Source: Klebsormidium nitens
Taxonomy: Eukaryota; Plantae; Klebsormidiophyceae
NCBI GenBank assembly: GCA_000708835.1
Contig: DF237170.1
Location: forward strand, 72,615-136,614
Length of the DNA: 64,000 nucleotides
Reading direction: 5' to 3'
Below are positions 55,860 to 64,000 of this stretch, piece by piece (positions within the stretch are counted from its first letter, which is position 1; each line of letters opens with the position of its first letter). The notes beneath the pieces were generated by a model. It ran no database searches, was not told where the DNA came from, and saw nothing but the letters and a program-made list of their open reading frames with translations. Position numbers and translations under genes: made by a program.

Positions 55860-58800
55860 ATGGCTCCAGTGGGAGCAAAGAGGCCGCTAGAGGAACAAAC
55901 TGCCTCGAAGGCCAACGCAGCACCTGCAGCAAAGAAGGGGCGCAAACCCAAGGTGCCCGCGGAGATCAAGCTGCAGCCAATCAAGAAGACCTTGAACGGG
56001 CATGTCAAGACGCTGGCCAGAATGGTGAACCGCGATTGGCATGATGGTGAGCAACCTTTTTTCTATAAGTGCTGCTTCTCTGCAACAATTGCCTACCAAA
56101 AATGTCATGTGCAACAACTTTCTTTTGAGACCCCAACATTTGCAAGGTCCTTGATCATGATATGTTGAAATTCAAACTGGACGCAGAATGTGCAGTACCC
56201 GCATGACTGAAGTCTACAAGTGAATAAGACAACGGAAAATTTTGGCCACTATGTCCGTAGCTGAGTCAGAATTGTTGCCCTGGTAACTTAAGCTGGCAGT
56301 CACCAATGGTTTGATCTTACCCTGCTTCAAGTCCATCATCTTGCCTTGTCCGGCACTCGTTATTTCTCCAAAAAGTGGCACCCTGTTCGTGACAGGCTCC
56401 TCAACGATGAGCGATTGACCTGGCCATCTTTGTCTCAATCTGCAGGTTACGAGGAGCAGGGAGAAGAGCTTGCCGCATATCTGGGCAACTTGTCTGTAAG
56501 TGGTCATAAGCTCCAGCATTTCAAGTTCTTGTCAGCAATCAGATTGATATCCGTCTTGCCAGCTCTCAGATATCATGCAACTCATCATGACAAAAAACAC
56601 TTGCAGGGCGTATGGCTTCATTGCAATGTGTACTTTATGGCAAGGTACAGAAGGCCACGGTGGTCCTCTTTTGGACGTCCAAGTAGACATGCACCTCCTG
56701 TGAAGTATCCTTTATCGGATCCATTGCCTCTGGACTCTGCCCACGATGATACCTCCAATCCCCAGCCCTAAGCAGTTGAGGAGTTCAGGCCAACTTTTGA
56801 GAGCAGCTCGGAAGGGGATCAGTGATAAGCTGTTCTGTACAATACCTTATCAACCACTCCAATCAGCACCTAATGTCCCCATACCTGTTCCTTGACCTGC
56901 AATGCGCTTCCAGAAACACACTTGGTGCCTCTGCATCACTTAACCAGGGGAACTTCTCGCTTACAGGCACCCCTTCAAGCAGTTTACGATGTCGGGATTG
57001 TGCAAAACACAGCGCATAGTGCCTGTCACGATGTCCTGATGTGCATTGCTGACACTTGGGTGAGCATGCAATCGAAGAAGCATCCTTGACGATGTGAGCA
57101 ATCTATTGAGCTGGGAACTTTATTTCTCATTTGCTGTTCCATGACCTCTTCGAGTGCCTCAATTTGCTGGTTAAAGTCCATCACTTAAGTACACTCAGTC
57201 AGGAGCTTCAGTCAAAGTTAGTCCAAGCATTTGGTGCCTCCTTTGCAGGAGAACATGAAAAGCATCCCCGCGAGGTGCGACATTGAGGAGACCGCCAAAG
57301 AGATGGGTGAGCATCCATTTACAAGGCCAGCAGCTTTTCACAGTTGCACCGTTGTCAGTCCATCTTGGAAGATGCCATTCAAGCTTTCAAGCTTTCACAC
57401 AGCTTTGCCACCGCTACAGTCCATGCTTTTTAATCAGGCAGTTTTCCTCCCTCCCTACGTTAGCAACTGCAGCATTCTCTTCTTGCAGCCTCCAAGCCTT
57501 ACGGCTGAAAGTGGCTCATCAACAAGTACATCAGTATTTTCACAAAAAGTGATGTTCCTGATTGGATTGCTTGACTTGACAATGTTCTAGTTGGACATCA
57601 AGGCAGATGTTTCCCTTTAATAGGGCGCTCACCGGGTGCTAACCAGACCCACTCAGACCACGCATCCTCCTCCCTTCCAAGCACGACTAAGCTAGACTTG
57701 TTGAAGCCCCACCTGAGTTGCCGAGCTCCCTTGATGACCATCCACTAATCCTGATTGATCACACCTTTCTGGTTCATGATTATTGGCAATACATGATGGC
57801 TCAGGCAAACCAAGGGCTTGATCTCTTGTCTGTTGGCAAAGTCAACTAGATGGCTCAACTCTCTAGCAAGAAGGAAACCTTCGACCATTTCTCTGGGCCT
57901 ACTCTTGTACAAAAGAAACCTTCAACAATTCTTCTGGGCCTTCTTTCGAACCACAAGGAAGCCTCTGATTGATGCTAGGCTTTCATTGTCACAGGGGGAA
58001 ACGAGATCCAGATTGCTCTGACCAAGTGGGAAAAAGACGCGACGAAAACGTTCCAAGGGACGCCAGTGGACCCTCTTGCCTACATGTGGAGGCTCCTCCT
58101 GCATAGTGCCGCCGCAAATGCAGCGACAAAGGACGAAGATCTCTTGCAGTGGATCAAGGACGCAACTGGTACGTCACTACTTGCGAGGACTGGAGAATTA
58201 AGGCAGTGAACTTCAAGGCCTCAGGTGTGCAGAGGTTCCGTCAGGCATTGGAAGGTGCAGAGAGTTTGAGGAGGCGCTCTTAGTGCAACCGCTGAAGTCA
58301 ACTTCTGAAGTTGAATAAACTACAGAGGCTGCGAGAAGTGATACAACGTGTGAGAGTGTGCCTCTTGGCTCACTCTGTCGCACATTCCTGGAGTGGTGGA
58401 CGATGGAACGGTGGAGCCTTCCAGTCTATTGGTGGCTCGAACATAGGTCTTGGATCCTCACAGTCAGTACTGTCGGATGGCACGACCAGACTTATCAGTT
58501 GGCCATAGCTCAAGCCTGATCTCCTAATTTTGAACGCTATCTGATCGTTGGATTTCTTCGAAGAGCACTCTTCGTTGTTGACGCTTTGCTTACTGAGTGA
58601 GATTCATTGCGTCGGCTTTGATTACTCCCCCAAGAAGCGCTGGGAGGACACTGGAACCAACTACCTCCAAAAAGAGGTTTACCTCAGTATTCTGCTGCCA
58701 AGACGAGCACACCTAAATAGCGTTTTTTGAAACCGGAAGGATCTCAGTGGAGCAAGATAGGGACGGCTCAAGATTGCATTGCTCTCTGCAGACTACGGCG

Positions 58801-60097
58801 CCGACATTCTCGACGACCAGGAGCCAGATGACGACGAGGAAGAGCTCGTGATAGTCAATGTTGACAAGCACATGAAGGCGGGTCTGGACCGGCTGAAGCA
58901 GTTGCATGCGCAGGAGGACAAGTGGACGAGCCTGCCCACTCACAAGAAGGTGAACCCTGGCGCTCTGCTTTTCACTTTCTCCTCCTTTGTCTACTTTCTC
59001 ATCTTGCCCTTCTTCCCCAACCCCAAAATGTCCAACTTTTAACGTCTATCGCAAGAGAGAACGCTAGCCAATGCGCTCTTTGCTTCTTCCGCAAATTGCA
59101 TTCCGAAAGGCCTGCCCACCATTGCAGTGATAAGGTGTTGCTGTGTTACCGAACATCCTCCTCTACCATTCCTCCTTACCGGACCTGCTGTACGCACGTA
59201 TTGGAAGCAGTGGTTCTTTGTCGTCTCACCTTCATTTCGAGTCCTCTTCGAGCCGGCCACCCAGCAGAAGCAGCAACAGCTCGTCTTATGATAAGATGCG
59301 CGGAAAAAGACTGATACTACGGTTGCATAACAAGTCACATCTTGCTTACCGCATCCACGGAGGTTGGTGAAGCCCTTCATAGCTGTGTAAATCTGCTGTG
59401 CTACACAAGACTGCCCGAAGTGTTTCGAACCAACGTTTTATCAAGCAAAGATTCTAAGCCTAGTAAAAAGAAAAAGTGAAGCATTCAGACCGTAGCGACG
59501 TCTGTGGAGAGGGCCGCGAGCCCAACAAGTTTTCTTCAGTCGGCCCATCACGGAATGGATAACAAACGAGAATTCTTGAATCATGCAAGACCGCCTTTAA
59601 GAGACCGATGCGGAAACGGTCCAGCATTGTTTTCGACGACACTTTGCAAAGGGCCTTTTGTCCGTTGAGTCTAGATTTCGATGATTGCAACCTGACTCAT
59701 AGAGCACAATCAACCTCAACTTAACTGAAAACAGCTGGTCTTCTTTCCGTGCGCAGTTTGCTGAATTTTGGCCAGGCAACAGCAGAGGCAGCGCTTCACA
59801 AAAACCTGGCGCTTCAACCACGACCGACACTTTTATCCCCGAAGGATCTTCGCCCCTCACTTCGATTCAATTAGATCCTGGACCCGCCCGGAGACCGTCA
59901 GACAGATGTTTGTAACGCCTACAATCCGTCAGAACAACTTTGTCAACCCCCTCAGTCCGTCAAACCGAAACCATTTAAACGTTGTAGTGTCGTTCTTCCA
60001 GGTGCACAAGACGAAGCGGGCGATCGACCGACGTTTTGACGGGCCGAAGCACATGCGGACTAGGGACTACTCCGATGACGAGTTCGGCTTTTGGTAG
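55860..60097 (+). CDS. Unknown-family protein, paralogue B (271 aa). Exons 55860-56046, 56446-56495, 56967-57059, 57249-57306, 57995-58168, 58792-58949, 60002-60097
   Basis: Exon lengths 187/50/93/58/174/158/96. Protein: ...KRPLEEQ...EIKLQPIKKTLN...DWHDGYEEQGEEL...ACHDVLMCIADTWENMKSIPAR...YMWRLLLHSAA...IKDATDYG...HMKAGLDRLKQLHAQ...LPTHKKVH...IDRRFDGPKHMRTRDYSDDEFGFW*. Confidence 0.87.
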
Positions 60098-61383
60098 TCA
60101 ACTGATTCGGTCAACTAAAAGGTGAGACAACGGCAGCAAGTCGGTAATGACCCCTCAGTTACGGTTGGGTAGGGTGAGACGATGAAGTCTGTTTGGAGAT
60201 GTTACCCCCATCTGCTTCATTGTCTAGTTGCCTCAAGACTGACTTTAATCAGGTCGTTTGGGATCATCCTGGTCAACTATGGTTATTGCTGATAACATCT
60301 GCTTATGCTTGACTTCACGACCGGTGTACTTGTTGGCGAGCTCAGCTCCAATGGTGTAGCGTTCGTTTGGGTCTACGTCCCGTTCATGTCCTTGAACTTG
60401 TGGATCCTGTCCTTTTTGATGCCATGGGCTCTAAACACAAATGCCGTTTCCTACCTTTTTCAGGTCCGCATGCAAAATGATACGACGCCTGGCAACCGCG
60501 TCAAGAGATTTCCTGCATATATGTAACCGCCACCAGTGAATCAAACATCACTTGCTAAAAAGGTGGCAGTACCGCTGTAGGGTAAGGTGTCGGTCAACTG
60601 TTCTAATGCTGCAAGCCTTCGCAGCCCAGTTGTGTCGACGAGAGAAGCTGTCAAACGCAGGTCGCTTTGTCAAGTGAAAGCATTCTGCGTGGTTTTCCAG
60701 CAGAGATGAGTCTGGTTGAGCACTAGTTTTAGTCGAGCTAGGACCATGGTACTTCAGTCGGTTACAAGGTAGTAAAGCGGCTACATGTAGCAGGGCGTCC
60801 TGTCACGATCTCTAAAGTTCCTGCAGTTGCTTTGTATAGAGTATGCAAAGTCTGTGCTTTGACATGCTTACTACATCATTGTGCAAGGCTGACAAATGAC
60901 CATGTCTTCATCTGCCAATGTACAACCTTTTGTTGATCTTGGGTTTGTGTGCATGCCTTGAAAACCAGAACCGAGCGCGCTGTTGCAGATGCACGAGTTT
61001 TCAAGATGTCCAGGGAAAATGATCTGAAGAAACATGGATGAGTACATGTACAAAATCTGTCAGACAACTTGGAATGTCATGCTCTTAAATCAGCGGGTTA
61101 ATAATGTACTTTTTTTGAATTGTTCAACCTACACAGACTTTCCGTGTACCGCTATACAACTATTCAGAATTCTGTTTGACAGCATGCCACAGAGCAAGTG
61201 GCAACAGCTAGATTCCAACCCAGTTGTCCCTATGCCGAATCTCTGAATTACGCGTTTGACAAAATGCTAAAAACCCAACTCAATGATTACGTTACAGTAC
61301 GTTGACAATGATGTACAACAGCATTTGGATCTACTGTTAGTACTAGATCTATGCGGACAATCAGGTGTTGGCCTGCCATATCA

Positions 61384-62881
61384 TTAGAAGCAACAGCAAC
61401 AACATATACACTCAAGGCACCAGCACAGGATCGTGACTGCGCCGATGACGAAAACGACTGCAATGATGATACCAATCCAAGCGCCCTTGGTAAGGGGCCC
61501 CCACTTGCCGCTGTCCGAGTCCGACGTTGACGTGCTCGACGTCGTACCGTCCGTCAGAGTCACCCCAGTTCCAGAGCTCTGCACATTCTCCGCCAACAAT
61601 CTCCTTCCGCCCCCTGAAATCTCAACCTTCTCCAGCCCTTTCACCGGCCCCTGCTTGGAAAGGAGCTTTCTATTATGCCTCTGGAAGGGCCCCCTGAACA
61701 GCGCCAAAACCTCCTCCAAGAATTGCTCGCCCAAGTCCCCCGGTATACTCTCCTCCACCACGGCCGTCCGAATGTCGGACAGCGAGATGCGTCCGCTGAG
61801 GGAGTCGCTGTTTGAGCGAAGCAACGTGTCCGGAAACTGGGGGTCATACTCACGGACAGGGGGGACCTGGTTCTGGTGGAAGGCTAGACGGGGGAGCTCA
61901 GCGAAGACACTGACCACGTGTTCCAAGGTCAACTCTGCACCAGGAGACAATTACGACTTCAGAATTCTGGTTTTGCTGCGGTTAGGTTAATGGATGCAGC
62001 CACCTGGTTAAACAGCACCGAGATAGGTAACATCTTACTTTTAGTTACTGAAGTTCTGCTGATGTGACTTGCAGCTGTTAGAAGAGGGAGTGCTCTTCTG
62101 TGGCAGTGCCCCAAGACTTTGACTTTGACTTTGACCAACTATCGAGCTTTGACCCACCGCCTTTGCATAGGGCAAATTGATGTGGCAACTAGCACCACTA
62201 GCTGAAACAGCTGGAGCGTACGAAAGCTTAAAGAAGGGTTTGGAGATAGCTAATAGAACTTCTGATGGCTGGTCAGACTGCTGATCCTTGTTCAAGTTTA
62301 TGTGGAAGGACTTGAAGTCCAAGAATCGACAAGAAGGCATCAAACTGAAGAGCAAGATGTGACTGGCTAGGCAGAGGGCTGGTCCCCAAACAACACTTTG
62401 GCCCTATCTGCTGACAACAGCATTGGGAACACAGGGCGCAGCTTAGGTCTCCCGTTCGGTACAAAGGACGGGCAATCCCCTTATGAACCCACCAACAACT
62501 GAAAATCCTCAGTGCACCATCATTTCATGCACAAAACATCCAGCTTCAATTCCTTATACACACGTCTCCGCTCCATGTCGACATCGCACTGAGAAACTGT
62601 GACGACAGCAGGCTTTTACCCAGGATAAATCAGAGTTGCGATAAAAGCAGGCAAACATGGTGCTCCCCACCTTTGACGTTCTCCTGCGCTAGTTGGTCCG
62701 CAATGAGGGCAAGGTCCGCATCGGCCACGTAAGGCTTTGCTTGTTTCCCAACTGGCTTGAAACCATCGTCTGCCTTTGCGGGCAACATAGTGGAGCTCAG
62801 GCAGAGAAGTGCGATGACGAGAAGCCATTTTGCCCTCTTCCTGGGAGAGGACCCCGTCCCTGGGGCCATAAGACCGGCCAT
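61384..62881 (-). CDS. Putative single-pass type I membrane protein, 253 aa, with signal peptide, RKLL and RRLL motifs, Ser/Thr stalk, TM helix and Cys-rich tail. Exons 62881-62671, 61934-61384
   Basis: The phase-1 intron is consistent (AAA G|gtgggg ... gtgcag|AG). Segments: signal WLLVIALLCLSSTMLPAKA; TM GAWIGIIIAVVFVIGAVTIL; tail CWCLECICCCCCF*. Confidence 0.72.
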
Positions 62882-63825
62882 CTTTACAGGTGAACAAATG
62901 CTGATTGCTTTGATGACTGCGAGAAAAGGAAAGGGCGTTCTGGAGGTCCCTGGAGCTCAAAATCAGCAGAGGTTTGGTTTCAGAGAAGGCTTTGATGGCT
63001 TCAAAGGCTTCTTCTGCAAGAAAAGGGGACCGCTACAGGAGACGTCCTGATCAACCTAGCTCGATCAAAGAATGCAGTGGAATTAAAGCTCCAAGAGTTT
63101 CCAATGCTGCGAGCTTTTATAACCACCCTGCTGCTACCGTCGTGTTCTGCGAAAATATGGTGAAAGAGGAGTACCCCAGCCACAGGCAGCTTCCTTTCAA
63201 GAGTCATAATGGCTTCTAAAGTTCTACGTAGGACCTAGGGAAACTTTGTCAAGTTTGTGGGCGCAGAGCGAAGCGCCTTGCGCCGAACTTTCGGCTTCGA
63301 AGCTCCTGCTTCTGCCAACTGGCAAATGCTGGCAGATCTTTTCAACATGGAAGTCTTCGCAATTCGTTCAACGTTGTGTCATTTCCGGTCCTAGCTGGGC
63401 TGCAACTGATTCGTCCCCTGGGGAGTCCCTCATGACGAGTCCCGGGCACAAAACAAGCGTAAGAAGCTGCCTCAGGGGGACGGGCAGAAATTGAGGCAGT
63501 CCGGTTAGGGGAGACTTTTTGACACTCCCTGCAGGGAGTCCACGCAAATTTCTCGAGAGTCGAGTCTCCGGTATTCTAAAGGGGAGTGCTCTCCATGCGC
63601 CGTCTGTAACGCCAAGGCTCCAGTTAGTCGAAGCGTTACATAATTACCCGAGCTCGACGCGTGTTCCGTACCCTACGTACGTCGGCTGTCGTACGGTACG
63701 TTCCGTGCATCATTGATCGCTCGCGCGAGGCATGTGCTCTCGAACGTGAATCGAGCAAATGCGTGCTGCTCTGCCGACCACGCTCGCTAGTTGCCGGTTC
63801 TTACCAACGCCACGCAGCCTTTACC

Positions 63826-63931
63826 ATGGGCCTACCAAATGAAGTTCAGGCTTATCTGGACGGCCAGGATCGCCCCGGACGGATCGTACGGTGGAAATGC
63901 GTTAACGCTCGTGCCGGATTCGACAGTGACG
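63826..63931 (+). CDS. Possible first exon of a gene that runs out of the window
   Basis: ATG in ACCATGG context opens MGLPNEVQAYLDGQDRPGRIVRWKCVNARAGFDSD and is followed by G|gtaaat. No homology recognised. Confidence 0.3.
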
Positions 63932-64000
63932 GTAAATTCTGTTGCATGTACCGTAGAGGACGCCACGTCACCACCCCCACGACGATTTCCGGACATTTTC

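Noticed and set aside
60305-60526. ORFs on both strands between paralogue B and the membrane protein gene
   Set aside because: Short, interrupted by stops, with no consistent splice model. Probably overlapping 3' regions.
61750-61830. EF-hand-like NSDSLSGRISLSD in the membrane protein
   Set aside because: The key acidic ligands at loop positions 1, 3 and 12 do not align without gaps.

Overview
This is eukaryotic nuclear DNA: GC-rich genes with GT-AG introns. It most likely comes from a charophyte green alga of the Klebsormidium type. That is an inference from an intron-containing, plastid-targeted cyanobacterial-type MurJ gene, plant-type paladin and CYBDOM-like genes, and TTTTAGGG repeats. 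I built spliced gene models by hand from splice signals, exon phase and protein motifs. In order they are: 3' part of a paladin-like PTP (+); a 133-aa two-His cytochrome b561-like membrane protein (+); RRP8 (-) head-to-head with a 12-exon MurJ/MviN lipid II flippase (+); a low-confidence acidic protein (+); ataxin-10 (-) head-to-head with an intronless DUF72 gene (+); a MYND-like zinc-finger gene (-) head-to-head with a ~2270-aa disordered/coiled-coil protein carrying Sfi1-like motifs (+); two tandem 7-exon paralogues of an unrecognised ~270-aa family (+); and a type I membrane protein with two RxLL motifs (-). Non-coding features include a 379-bp TA-flanked MITE, TpA- and palindrome-rich intergenic islands, an interstitial TTTTAGGG array, at least 10 copies of the palindrome TGACGTCA, and four tandem duplications that span splice sites. 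I found no supportable rRNA, tRNA or CRISPR array. Most ORFs in the six-frame track are antisense or intronic artefacts.
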